Under the pieces are notes generated by a model. The model made no database searches and was not told where the DNA came from. It worked only from the letters and a program-made list of their open reading frames with translations. A stretch of DNA of 60,346 bases from Sulfurimonadaceae bacterium (GTDB taxonomy: Bacteria > Campylobacterota > Campylobacteria > Campylobacterales > Sulfurimonadaceae), in the NCBI GenBank assembly GCA_041571435.1, contig JBFFUI010000009.1, positions 1 to 60,346 on the forward strand, in the 5' to 3' direction. How positions within the stretch are numbered: position 1 is the stretch's first letter; every line of letters begins with the position of its first letter. Shown here piece by piece: positions 18,501 to 27,442 of this stretch. The position numbers were made by a program, and so were the translations under genes.

Positions 18501-18663
18501 GACCTATTTCGGGGTGAACTACTACCTTGCGGGGATGCACTCGTACGCCAAAGGCGACCCGGTGCCGATCCCGGATTTTGTTCCGGTCACCTACGCGATC
18601 GTCTTTATCATTATCGCGCTTGCAGCCCGCAACCGAAAACTGTTCGACCCTAAAAACTGCTAG
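15526..18663 (+). CDS. ccsBA: System II cytochrome c synthase, fused CcsBA
   Basis: ResB-like N-terminal region; WWD motif WANESWGRYWGWDPKETW; conserved His in HAPWSNGYES and GMHSYA. Confidence 0.93.
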   Translation: MKTILDIVGSMKTMAVLMLIFAVASGYATFIENDYGTMTAQAVVYKARWFEVLLIVLAINLIMNIVRFKMIQQKKILILLFHVSFLVILAGAAVTRYFGFEGMMHIREGHASNLLTSSDTYLKAVFTDKEGTKSQYKTSMLLSKMSHNSFETDVNMENGSSVGIELMEYIPNATYSIKADPAGEPIINMMVTSGRSGEPVQLKEGDYYEGDEVILNFGSKETFHKPVVSFFVEGETLYMKHPMALNYLKMDDQSTGALNATEKEEAAKRTLFTAGSTNFVIRDFYPKATRTLIASEAKKGPMMRASSRDALRFNVTYNGETKEAVVFGQKGVIGDKTAVEFEGMTMNLTYGAEYIKLPFSIQLVKFDLERYPGSNSPASYASDVVLLDSEKAIREPFRIYMNHVLDHRGYRFFQSSFDQDEKGTVLSVNNDPGTLPTYIGYLMLAIGMFGALFAKGRFSRLMKVARDASEAQKVAASLLLLLGLLNTPSLEAAENPLVAELKKFDKVHANYFGTLIVQDSAGRMKPIDTLSTEILNKMNRSNSVLGLNPNQVILGMMTRPEAWREIKLIRTSHKDINKLLGIDEKDKTAAFSQFFAFPDEMAGYKLTDAVNEAIRKAPGKRDKFDKAVLKVDERVNVAYMVFSGALLRMWSVPNDANNKWTDTMDALQTMQNADAYKVRELAVNYFTAVDKGLDTQDWTDANNAVDAIAAYQKSVGAAVYPSQSKIELEIWHNHANIFERLWPLYFLVGFTLLVLSFVKIIKPKFKLGIFAKGSFLLLVLFLVAHTVGLAIRWYISGHAPWSNGYESMVYIAWASVLAGFIFSKRSPITLAATSILAGLILFVAHLNWMDPQVTNLVPVLQSYWLSIHVSMITASYGFLGLGALLGFITLVLFILKNKRNERQISLSIKELNAINEMSLMIGLAMLTVGNFLGGVWANESWGRYWGWDPKETWALVTILVYAVVIHLRFIKALYTPYLYSVISLLAFTSVLMTYFGVNYYLAGMHSYAKGDPVPIPDFVPVTYAIVFIIIALAARNRKLFDPKNC

Positions 18664-18669
18664 ACCCTC

Positions 18670-18686
18670 TCCCTGCGCAGGCAGGG
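18670..18686 (+). terminator. Putative terminator hairpin after ccsBA
   Basis: TCCCTGC-GCAG-GCAGGGA stem; no adjacent strong U-tract. Confidence 0.45.
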
Positions 18687-18777
18687 ACTCCCTGTAACCT
18701 TTCATTTCGTCACTTTTTTTGCCCCTCTGTTCAGCTTTCTGTATAATGGTCTCATAGCTATATATAAAAAAGGCCAT

Positions 18778-19107
18778 ATGATGAAGGGAAAGATGAACAT
18801 CACCTATAAAGTCCTCTGTCAGAAAGACACGAACAAAGAGATCACCATAGATATGCTCTTAAACAACGAGAAAGTGGCCAAAGCGATCAAAAGCGAGTTC
18901 GGTAAGGGCCTACGCAACCTCGTGCTTAACAGCGACGATAAAGAGGCGCTGTTGACGCTTACCACCGAAAAAGAGCTCTACCAGTTCGAAGTAAGCAAAA
19001 ACGACTTTGCCGACATCCTTGATCTGGCCGAAGAGAATGCCCGAAGCCGGAAGCTCTTTAAGAAAGAGTGTGACAGGGTGGAGATCGTCGATATAGAAAC
19101 GATCTGA
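18778..19107 (+). CDS. Hypothetical protein
   Basis: 109-aa ORF with TGTATAAT promoter and AAGG RBS; alternative start at 18793. Confidence 0.8.
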   Translation: MMKGKMNITYKVLCQKDTNKEITIDMLLNNEKVAKAIKSEFGKGLRNLVLNSDDKEALLTLTTEKELYQFEVSKNDFADILDLAEENARSRKLFKKECDRVEIVDIETI

Positions 19108-19147
19108 GGTTGATTAGTCTGACACCAGGATCTATGTAAGACCTGCT

Positions 19148-19576
19148 TTAAATTACTTCCCATCTTTCCACCCCTCCCTGGACCTTTGTGAAAAGAGGAT
19201 GTGTTTTTACATCTCGTACAGATTTAAGCGCTTCATAACGGGCGGGATCACGCTTTTGTAGTTTGCGTAAGAGGTGTTGGAATTCATAGGTAATTTGCCC
19301 TTCTGTCACGGTCAGCGCGGGGCACTCCGCATCACCAAGTATCTTTGTTTTGTCAAAGTTGTAACCTCTTTTATCCGCTTCATCGGCGACATGCTTCAAA
19401 TACTTTGCTATTGCCGTTTCTGCATATCCGGAATCTTTGAATCGAATCAATTGCGGGTGTTGTTTGTACCCTTTTGTCCTATTATGTAATACGTTTTGTG
19501 CCAGCAGACTCTCACGCCATAAAGCAACCAGCCCTTTGGTATCAAGATATGATGGATGTATTGACCAGAGTCTCAT
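19148..19576 (-). CDS. Pyrimidine-dimer DNA glycosylase / T4 endonuclease V family protein
   Basis: Family N-terminus MRLWSIHPSYLDTKGLVALWRESLLAQ, GYKQHPQL and RGYNFD; start moved to 19576. Confidence 0.88.
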   Translation of the reverse strand: MRLWSIHPSYLDTKGLVALWRESLLAQNVLHNRTKGYKQHPQLIRFKDSGYAETAIAKYLKHVADEADKRGYNFDKTKILGDAECPALTVTEGQITYEFQHLLRKLQKRDPARYEALKSVRDVKTHPLFTKVQGGVERWEVI

Positions 19577-19655
19577 CGGTCGTCTTTGTTCGAAGTAGTG
19601 TAAAAAGTGGATTGGTGTATGCAGAGCACAGAAGATACGTTGGCAGGAGGGCGGT

Positions 19656-20777
19656 TTATTTAAACCACCCCTTGACGCGATCAAATGCTGATTCAAAGAG
19701 ACTTTCGTGCGGTTTGGACTCGACACCGAAGCTCTCCTGGAGCTGGTCGAGAAGGTCGTACTGGTCGTCGGTCAGCTTTTTAGGGTAGGTAAGGTTGATC
19801 TGCGCGATCAAAGAACCTTTTCCGTGGCCGTGAACGTCTTCGATCCCTTCGCCGCGGAAGGTGAAGTGCTGCTTGTCGCGTGTGCCGATGTCGAGCTTGA
19901 GCTCCAGTTCACCGGTCAGTGACGGGATCTTGATGGTCTCGCCCATGACGGCCTGCGTAAAGAAGACAGGGACTTCGACATAGACGTCGTTGCCGTTACG
20001 GATGAAGGTCTTGTCCTCTTCGACGATAAATGTTACATAGAGGTCACCGCGGCTGCCGTTTTTACCGATGTTACCTTTGCCGGAGACGCGAAGACGGTTG
20101 TCTGTGTCGACACCTGCCGGTACTTTGACGGTGACGCTCTCTTTGACCTCTTCAAACCCTTTTCCGTTACAGTCAGGGCATTTTTCGCCCGGCATCGTTC
20201 CTTCGCCGTGACAGACCGGACAGGTCTGTGAGAAGGTCATGAAGCCCTGGCGTACATAGACCTGTCCTTTACCGCCACACTGGCTACAGCTCTTGACGTT
20301 GCCGTCTTTGGCACCGGTCCCTTTACAGGTCTTACAGGCGTTCTTGTAGGTAAAGTCGATCTCTTTTTCACAGCCGAAGATGGCCTCTTTAAAGCTCAGA
20401 CGGATCTCGACCGCCATGTCGAGCGGGTACTTCTCCTGCGGTCCGCGTGAACGGCGTCCGCCGCCGGCAGCGCCGCCGAACATCTCTTCGAAGATGCTGC
20501 CGAGGTCGTCAAAACCGCCGAAACCGCCGGAGCTGCGTCCGCCACCGCCGTTTTGCAGCCCCTCTTTGCCGTAACGGTCGTAGATGGCGCGCTGCTGGTC
20601 ATCGCTGAGTACCTGGTACGCTTCATTACAGTATTTAAAATTTCTCTCTGCTTCTGCATCTCCCGGGTTTTTGTCCGGGTGCCATTTTTTAGCCAGTTTG
20701 CGGTACGCTTTTTTAATGGTTGATTTGTCCGCGTTCTGCGAGACTTCTAAAATTTCATAATAACTTAGATCTTCCAA
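19656..20777 (-). CDS. dnaJ: Chaperone DnaJ
   Basis: HPD J-domain, G/F region, four CxxCxGxG repeats; probable TTG start at 20777. Confidence 0.97.
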   Translation of the reverse strand: MEDLSYYEILEVSQNADKSTIKKAYRKLAKKWHPDKNPGDAEAERNFKYCNEAYQVLSDDQQRAIYDRYGKEGLQNGGGGRSSGGFGGFDDLGSIFEEMFGGAAGGGRRSRGPQEKYPLDMAVEIRLSFKEAIFGCEKEIDFTYKNACKTCKGTGAKDGNVKSCSQCGGKGQVYVRQGFMTFSQTCPVCHGEGTMPGEKCPDCNGKGFEEVKESVTVKVPAGVDTDNRLRVSGKGNIGKNGSRGDLYVTFIVEEDKTFIRNGNDVYVEVPVFFTQAVMGETIKIPSLTGELELKLDIGTRDKQHFTFRGEGIEDVHGHGKGSLIAQINLTYPKKLTDDQYDLLDQLQESFGVESKPHESLFESAFDRVKGWFK

Positions 20778-20858
20778 ATGAGTAACCTTTTTCACAGTGA
20801 TAAAATTATTTTTGGAATTATACCATCTGATACGTTTAATAAGAAGTCGAGGCCGATT

Positions 20859-21986
20859 GTGTTAAATATTTTACTAAGAAACAGCATTTTGTCGGGACTC
20901 ATCATACTCTTTAGTGCATGTCAACAGCGGACAGAGACGACCGCGCTGGACAGCACAAGAGAGGTGAAAGGGCATTTTGTCGCTTTCAGCGATCTGGACG
21001 CGTGGGAGCGCGAGGAACACGATGCCGTACTTACCCTTTTCAGAGAGCAGTGCGGCGCGTCGAAAATGGCTGACGTCCTCAGGCCTCTTTGCCCTTCTGC
21101 AGAGCACGCCCAGAATGCCAAAGCGTTTTTTGAGGCCAATTTTGTCCCGTTTTTGCTGAAGGACGAGGCCGGGGAAGAGACCCTGTTGACAGGGTATTAT
21201 GAACCGGAGTTTGAAGGTTCGCTGCATGCGGATGACGATTACCCGTCCCCGCTCTATAAACGCCCTAAAGATCTGCTGGTCGTCGATTCGGGCAGGGTGT
21301 ATGACGATCTCAAGCATCATAAACTCAGGGGACGTCTGGAGGACAGGAGAGTGTTGCCGTACTACTCGCGTCAAGAGATCAACGGCGGTGCCATCAAAGA
21401 AACGCCGCTCTGTTACATGAAAAGCGACGTGGACCGTTTCTTTTTGCAGGTGCAGGGGTCAGGAAGGATTGTGCTGGAGGATAATTCGACGATGTTGGTC
21501 GGCTACGACGGACAAAACGGGCACCCCTACCGCTCCATCGGCAAAGCCCTGGTCGCCAGCGGTGCGATTGACCAAGAGAAGATCTCGTTGGCCAGCATAC
21601 GCCGCTGGTTAAATGAACACCCGATGGAAGCCAAGGGTGTGTTGGAGAGCAACCCGAGTTTTGTCTTTTTCGACCGACGTCAGCGTGCGGCATCGGGTGC
21701 AATGGGTATGGAGCTGACGGCACTGCGCAGCGTGGCGGTGGACCGTTCGAAAATACCTCTGGGCTATCCGCTTTTCTTGTCGGCGGTCAATCCCGTGACA
21801 GGTGAGAGGATGGAGAGAATGGTCCTGGCGCAAGATACCGGCGGTGCCATCAAAGGGCAGGTGAGAGCAGATCTTTTCTGTGGTCATGGCAAAGAGGCGG
21901 AAAAACTGGCCGGTGCATTGCGATCACCTCTTAAACTTTATGTTTTAGTACCAAAGATAACCTCTTCATCATCCTCTATTCGCTAA
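20859..21986 (+). CDS. mltA: Membrane-bound lytic murein transglycosylase A lipoprotein
   Basis: [22 protein letters not shown] and [15 protein letters not shown] motifs; lipobox FSAC; probable GTG start. Confidence 0.95.
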   Translation: MLNILLRNSILSGLIILFSACQQRTETTALDSTREVKGHFVAFSDLDAWEREEHDAVLTLFREQCGASKMADVLRPLCPSAEHAQNAKAFFEANFVPFLLKDEAGEETLLTGYYEPEFEGSLHADDDYPSPLYKRPKDLLVVDSGRVYDDLKHHKLRGRLEDRRVLPYYSRQEINGGAIKETPLCYMKSDVDRFFLQVQGSGRIVLEDNSTMLVGYDGQNGHPYRSIGKALVASGAIDQEKISLASIRRWLNEHPMEAKGVLESNPSFVFFDRRQRAASGAMGMELTALRSVAVDRSKIPLGYPLFLSAVNPVTGERMERMVLAQDTGGAIKGQVRADLFCGHGKEAEKLAGALRSPLKLYVLVPKITSSSSSIR

Positions 21987-21996
21987 AATAAAGACA

Positions 21997-22566
21997 ATGA
22001 ATAAATCAATCGAAAAATTTAACCGTCTTGTCGATGCCCTGGAAGCCTTACCGACCATCGGACAGAAGTCCGCGACGCGGCTGGCGTACCATATGGTCAT
22101 GAAAGACAACTTCTCGGCTCTCAAGATCGCCCATGCTATTGAAGATGCACTCGGCAGCCTTAGAAAATGCCTCTCTTGCGGCGGGATGAGCGAGGATGAG
22201 CTCTGTTACATCTGCTCTGACGAGAGTCGAAATCATGAGATCCTCTGTGTCGTTGAAAATGCAAAAGACATTTTGACGATCGAGGAGAATGGTCTCTTTG
22301 ACGGCCGTTTTTTTGTTTTGGAGTCCATGGAGGACTTTACGATCACCCATCTCCAAGAGATGGTGGCAAGCGGCATCACCGAAGTGATCTTCGCATTGAC
22401 GCCCTCCATTGCCAATGATGCGGTAATACTCTACATCGAAGATAAACTCCAGGATTATGATGTGATGTTTACGCGAATCGCGCAGGGTGTCCCGACGGGT
22501 GTCAGTCTGGAAAACATCGATATGCTCTCACTTTCCCGTGCACTTGAAGACAGGGTAAAAGTATGA
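21997..22566 (+). CDS. recR: Recombination mediator RecR
   Basis: HhH LPTIGQKSA, C4 Zn finger, TOPRIM CVVE, TRIAQGVPTG. Confidence 0.95.
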   Translation: MNKSIEKFNRLVDALEALPTIGQKSATRLAYHMVMKDNFSALKIAHAIEDALGSLRKCLSCGGMSEDELCYICSDESRNHEILCVVENAKDILTIEENGLFDGRFFVLESMEDFTITHLQEMVASGITEVIFALTPSIANDAVILYIEDKLQDYDVMFTRIAQGVPTGVSLENIDMLSLSRALEDRVKV

Positions 22567-23039
22567 TGATGCGTAGTGTTGTTCTGGTTGTAGTTCTCCT
22601 TCTCAGCGGTTGTACCGGAAGCGGATTGGGCAGTGACACGGTTGCCGTCGTCACCAAAGAGTACGGACAGTGTATGGTCAACACAAAAGCGGCACCGCGT
22701 TTTAACGGTAAAAATATGACGTTTCGCTGTGAGAAGAACAGGGTCCTTCTCGGTGACCCATACGAAAAAGAGGGTGTGGATTATATCGAGAGTGCACATC
22801 TGTATAAAAAGAGTGGCAAATATAAAATCAAAGATCGCAAGCAGGTCCATTTTGTACAGAGTCTGCATTCCGTCTGCCAGATAAAGCCGGTCAAAGGTGA
22901 GGGGGATCAAAAGATCAGACGCGTCTATTTTGATATGAAACTGAAGCAGTGCCGATCGTTTGAGTGGAGCGGAAAAGGCGGGATTGTCCCTTTTAAAAGT
23001 ATTGATGAGTGTGAACAACACTGTAAGTACGGAGGATAA
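22563..23039 (+). CDS. Lipoprotein with C-terminal BPTI/Kunitz-like domain
   Basis: Lipobox LSGC; C-terminus CQIKPVKG...RVYFDMKLKQCRSFEWSG.GG.VPFKSIDECEQHC. Confidence 0.75.
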   Translation: MMMRSVVLVVVLLLSGCTGSGLGSDTVAVVTKEYGQCMVNTKAAPRFNGKNMTFRCEKNRVLLGDPYEKEGVDYIESAHLYKKSGKYKIKDRKQVHFVQSLHSVCQIKPVKGEGDQKIRRVYFDMKLKQCRSFEWSGKGGIVPFKSIDECEQHCKYGG

Positions 23040-23044
23040 CGGCA

Positions 23045-23527
23045 ATGTTTGGTTTTTTTCGTAAAGCGGCTGCACTCTCAGAGGAGATCGTCTACATTCG
23101 TTTCTGGCGCGACAAGATCATCTTTTACTACTATCCTTCCGGTGTAAAGTATAAAGATGAACCGATCCTTGCCATCAGAAAGAAAGGCAAAAAAGAGATC
23201 ATCACAGCGGTAGGTGAAGAGATAAATGACCTTAAACCCGAAGACACGTCAATCATACGTACCCCGTTTAAACCTTTTATAATGGAACCTGAAAACTTTG
23301 ACCTCGGTGCCAAAGTGATCCGTCACCTGATGCAAAAAGGGAAAAACTCCAAGGCAGCATTAATCGCACCCAAGGTCATTATCCATCCTGACAGGACTAA
23401 TATCAGTGAGATGGAAGAACAGGCGTATAGAGAACTGGCAGTGAGTGCCGGTGCAAGGGAGGCTGTTGTCTATGTCGGCCATACACTGCAGCCCGATGAG
23501 ATTGAAGGTGTTATGAACGCTAAGTAA
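23045..23527 (+). CDS. Truncated MreB-like protein (N-terminal actin subdomains only)
   Basis: ISEMEEQAYRELAVSAGAREAVVY matches the MreB segment ITEVE.RA..E....AGAREV; 160 aa; no DLG phosphate-1 loop. Confidence 0.7.
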   Translation: MFGFFRKAAALSEEIVYIRFWRDKIIFYYYPSGVKYKDEPILAIRKKGKKEIITAVGEEINDLKPEDTSIIRTPFKPFIMEPENFDLGAKVIRHLMQKGKNSKAALIAPKVIIHPDRTNISEMEEQAYRELAVSAGAREAVVYVGHTLQPDEIEGVMNAK

Positions 23528-23645
23528 GTGCGTTTATTAACAGATTATACTAAGACCATAAATACGCAATGGCTTTCATAGGCCTGACCAATCCTATTGT
23601 TTATCAAAGATCAAAAAATCCGGACAATCGTAATAATATGTGGGG

Positions 23646-23682
23646 AAAAAGAAGAAAGAAGGTGTACCACCGAAGTGATACA
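23646..23682 (-). terminator. Rho-independent terminator of the sdh/frd operon
   Basis: Minus strand TGTATCAC-TTCG-GTGGTACA followed by CCTTCTTTCTTCTTTTT. Confidence 0.75.
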
Positions 23683-23690
23683 GGTGCAGA

Positions 23691-24572
23691 TTAAACGAAA
23701 TCTACTTTAGAGACGTGGTGCTGTAGACCAAGCTCTGCCGGTGTACAACCCAGTGCAAGACCGATCATCTGCTGCATGTGGAGAACCGGAAGCTTGACTT
23801 CACGACCAATCTCGACAGAAGCGTGGTGATACTGCGTATCAAGCTTGAGGTGACAGAGAGGGCATGGTGTGACCATCCAGTCAGCGTTGTTATCCATAGC
23901 ACCTGCAAGTGCGTTTCCTGTCAGAGTAGCAGCTGTCTTAGGTGATTGAAGTTCCGCGTGGAAACCACAACATTTGTTTTTCTCTTCGTAATCGACATTT
24001 GCACCGCCACAAGCGATGATAAGGTCATCGAGTGATGTTGGGTTGTAAGAGTTCTCCGGCGTCTTGTGTGTCTCGTTCTGAAGCTCAGAAGGGCGGATGT
24101 TGTGACAACCGTAGAATGGTGCGATGTTGAATTGGCTAAGCGGTTTGACCACCATCTCTTTGATCTTGTCAAGGCCGAAGTCATCGATGATCGCGTAAAG
24201 GAAATGCGTGATCTGTGATGTTCCTTTGTACTCAAGACCGACTTCGCCGAGTTTCTCGTTAACACGAGCTTTGAGTTCAGCGTTGTTGTCAAGACGGTGT
24301 TTTGTCATCGCCGTGTTAAGCTGACAGGTATTACAGATCGTTACCATTGTAAGACCATGCTTTTCAGCATAAGCAATGTTACGTGCGTTGAGGACTAGAG
24401 ACAAGAAGTCGTCATAGTCTTGGAGGTGAGAAGCACCACAACAAGAAGCTTCTGTCAACTCGACAAGTTCGATGCCAAGTTTGTCGGCTACAGCCATTGT
24501 TGACATCATCTGTTCAGGTGTAGACTCTTTAGCCGTACAACCAGTAAATAGGGCATATTTTAATTTAGACAT
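23691..24572 (-). CDS. Type-E succinate:quinone oxidoreductase CCG-domain subunit (HdrB/SdhE-like)
   Basis: Two CCG domains (FTGC...SCCGA...CNTC; FYGC...KCCGF...CPLC). Confidence 0.9.
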   Translation of the reverse strand: MSKLKYALFTGCTAKESTPEQMMSTMAVADKLGIELVELTEASCCGASHLQDYDDFLSLVLNARNIAYAEKHGLTMVTICNTCQLNTAMTKHRLDNNAELKARVNEKLGEVGLEYKGTSQITHFLYAIIDDFGLDKIKEMVVKPLSQFNIAPFYGCHNIRPSELQNETHKTPENSYNPTSLDDLIIACGGANVDYEEKNKCCGFHAELQSPKTAATLTGNALAGAMDNNADWMVTPCPLCHLKLDTQYHHASVEIGREVKLPVLHMQQMIGLALGCTPAELGLQHHVSKVDFV

Positions 24573-24580
24573 ACCAGCTC

Positions 24581-25564
24581 CTAAAATTTCGTTGTTGAAG
24601 ATGATTTGATAAGTTTCTGTATCTCATCAAGGTTATCTGATTTTGGCATGTTCCAAGGAAGAACGATCTTGCCTTTGCTGAACATCTTAAGCGCTACCGG
24701 TACGTGTTTAAGTACACCGATGTTGCCTTCTGAGTAACGTACAAGTTCACCCTCATCAAGAAGACCGTGTTTTTTGATGGAGTGTGCAAAACCGACGGCG
24801 TGGCGTGACGCAACGTTTTTACGGACTTTACCATCAGTGAAGATCATGTTGTGCAGCTTCGTGATCTTGTCGATCGGGTTGATCTCTTTCGGACAGGCGT
24901 CAGCACATTCATAACACTTGACACAGTCCCAAACACCTTGTGCCGGTGTATCAACAGTGTCAAGACGCTCAGCTTGCGCATTGTCACGGGTGTCAATACC
25001 GAAACGGTAGGCTGCAACAAAGGCTGCAGGACCCATAAAGTGTTCGTTGACTTCGACGGCAGGACAAGAGTAGTGACAAGCTCCACACTGAATACAGAGG
25101 TCTGCTTCGTCGATCTTTTCGTTGTCTTCGATAGAGACAAGATTCTCGATCGTCGGTGTCTCATCGATCTCTGCTTCAAGGTATGGTTTTGCCTGAGCAT
25201 GTTTTTCCCAGAAGTCAGACTTGTCGATGATGAAGTCTTTGATCGCACGTTTCGTGCTTGACGGCTCAAGAGTGATCTCGTTACCGAAAAGCTCCACCAT
25301 ATCATGCATATTGACTTTACATGCCAGTGTCGCTTTGCCGTTGACCTTCATCGCACAGGCACCACAGATACCGTGACGGCAGCTGCGGCGGTATGAGAAA
25401 GAACCGTCAAACTCCCATTTGATACGGTTCAGGATATCAAGAACGACCTCTTCAGAGGTAACTTCCATCTTGTACTCTTTGTACATTGGAAGGTAATCAG
25501 TCTCTGAGTTGAAACGAAACACTTTGAATGTAACATCTTTAGTTGTAATAGAATTGTTATTCAC
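24581..25564 (-). CDS. sdhB: Succinate dehydrogenase/fumarate reductase iron-sulfur subunit
   Basis: SCRHGICGAC [2Fe-2S] plus CIQCGACHYSCP and CVKCYECADACP; GTG start with AAGGAG RBS. Confidence 0.93.
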   Translation of the reverse strand: MNNNSITTKDVTFKVFRFNSETDYLPMYKEYKMEVTSEEVVLDILNRIKWEFDGSFSYRRSCRHGICGACAMKVNGKATLACKVNMHDMVELFGNEITLEPSSTKRAIKDFIIDKSDFWEKHAQAKPYLEAEIDETPTIENLVSIEDNEKIDEADLCIQCGACHYSCPAVEVNEHFMGPAAFVAAYRFGIDTRDNAQAERLDTVDTPAQGVWDCVKCYECADACPKEINPIDKITKLHNMIFTDGKVRKNVASRHAVGFAHSIKKHGLLDEGELVRYSEGNIGVLKHVPVALKMFSKGKIVLPWNMPKSDNLDEIQKLIKSSSTTKF

Positions 25565-25573
25565 GTCGTCTCC

Positions 25574-27286
25574 TTAGTATGATCTTGCTTTAAGTTCATG
25601 TTTGCCGAGAACGACATCCATGTAGTCAAGTGTGATATTGCCTTCCTCATCCATGTATGCCATGGTGTGTTGCAGGAAGTTTTTATCATCACGTTCTGTA
25701 TAGTCTTCACGGTAGTGCGCGCCACGGCTCTCTTTACGAGCCAAAGCACTCTCAACGATAAAGAGTGAATAATCAAGCATATGTCCAAATTCGATCGCCT
25801 CTTGAAGTTCCGTGTTGAAGATCTTCGACTTGTCATTGATACGGATGTTCTTGTAACGGGCACGAAGATCTTTCAGTATCTTGACCTGTGCTTTCAGTGT
25901 TTTCTCTGTACGGAAAACACCGGCATTGTCTGTCATGCTCTGTTGAAGCTCTTCACGAAGACCTGGAACAGTTTCGGTACCGTTGTTGGTAAGTACCCAT
26001 TCGATCTCGGCGTTCATACGGTCAGCATCAGATTCGACTGCAGGTTTAAGTGCGATGTTGTCAATGTCTTTAACCATAGATTTGCCGACAAAACGGCCAA
26101 ACAGCATCGCTTCGAGAACCGAGTTTGCACCAAGACGGTTTGCACCGTGTACACTTACACAAGAACACTCACCAGCCGCATAGAAACCTTCAACGAACTC
26201 GGTGTTGTTTTTGCGGACATGACCATCGATGTCACATGGTATACCACCCATAGAGTAGTGGGCAGTCGCAGAGATAAGGATCGGTTCTTTGATCATGTCA
26301 AGACCCAGGAATGTGATGGCAAGATCACGAAGTTCCGGCAGTCGTTCCATAATAAGATCGGCACCAAGGTGCGTAAGATCGATAAAGACAGCATCTTTAC
26401 GCGGACCGACACCGCGACCTTCGCGGATCTCCTGAATGATGGCACGTGCAACAACGTCGCGAGATGCAAGTTCCATTGCATTAGGTGCGTATTTTTCCAT
26501 AAAACGTTCACCCTCGGAGTTGAAAAGACGTCCACCTTCTCCACGGGCTGCTTCAGAGATCAGAACACCATTTCCTGACAGGCCAGACGGGTGGAACTGT
26601 ACGAACTCCATATCTTCAAGAGGAAGACCGTGACGGGCAACGATAGAGAGACCGTCACCTGTGTTGGCATGTGCGTTTGAGTTGATCTTGAACGAACGTG
26701 CATAACCGCCGGTCGCAAAAAGAACGGCTTTCGCATTGAAGATAACTCTCTCCATATTACGGATGTTGAACGCGACAACTCCATAGGCTTTACCGTCTTC
26801 GTAAAGGATGTCTGCAGCATAGTATTCGTCCCAGAACTCAACACCTTCGCGGTACGCCTGCTCATACATTGTCTGCAGCAGTGTCAGACCAGTACGGTCT
26901 TTCGCGTAACAGGCACGCGGCGAGGACTGTCCGCCGAACGGGCGCTGTGCGATCATGCCGTTTTCCTGGCGACTGAATACAGCACCCATGCGCTCTGCCC
27001 AGCGGATCGTCTCCGGAGCATTTTTACACATGAACTCAACAGCATCCTGGTCTGCCAGGTAGTCGGCACCTTTTACGGTGTCAAATTCGTGCAGTTCAAC
27101 ACTGTCTTCGTCGCTAAATGCAGCATTGACACCGCCTTGCGCTGCACCTGAGTGTGAGCGAAGAGGGTGTAGCTTCGTGATAACTGCAACTTTTTTGCCA
27201 GCTTTTTGTAGTTCGCGAGCCGCTGCATTTCCAGCTAAACCAGCTCCGACAATTACTGCATCATAAGTATGAATAGGAATACTCAT
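25574..27286 (-). CDS. sdhA: Succinate dehydrogenase/fumarate reductase flavoprotein subunit
   Basis: [16 protein letters not shown] (covalent FAD His), [19 protein letters not shown] and HGANRLG motifs. Confidence 0.95.
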   Translation of the reverse strand: MSIPIHTYDAVIVGAGLAGNAAARELQKAGKKVAVITKLHPLRSHSGAAQGGVNAAFSDEDSVELHEFDTVKGADYLADQDAVEFMCKNAPETIRWAERMGAVFSRQENGMIAQRPFGGQSSPRACYAKDRTGLTLLQTMYEQAYREGVEFWDEYYAADILYEDGKAYGVVAFNIRNMERVIFNAKAVLFATGGYARSFKINSNAHANTGDGLSIVARHGLPLEDMEFVQFHPSGLSGNGVLISEAARGEGGRLFNSEGERFMEKYAPNAMELASRDVVARAIIQEIREGRGVGPRKDAVFIDLTHLGADLIMERLPELRDLAITFLGLDMIKEPILISATAHYSMGGIPCDIDGHVRKNNTEFVEGFYAAGECSCVSVHGANRLGANSVLEAMLFGRFVGKSMVKDIDNIALKPAVESDADRMNAEIEWVLTNNGTETVPGLREELQQSMTDNAGVFRTEKTLKAQVKILKDLRARYKNIRINDKSKIFNTELQEAIEFGHMLDYSLFIVESALARKESRGAHYREDYTERDDKNFLQHTMAYMDEEGNITLDYMDVVLGKHELKARSY

Positions 27287-27442
27287 TAACCGTCCTTCAA
27301 TAGAGTGTACATAATAAAAATCGATTATAGCGTTTCAAATACTTTTCTATGGTTAAAGAGGAAACATAGTTGCGTAAAGTGACACTTATTTGCGAGAAGT
27401 TTGGACGGAATGGGAAAATTGGTAGCAACTTACGGACGTAAG

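Noticed and set aside
19577-19726. N-terminal extension of the glycosylase ORF (similar extensions at 7560-7670, 20778-20858, 11116-11199 and 45042-45098)
   Set aside because: The extensions overlap neighbouring features or lack an RBS; downstream starts match family N-termini
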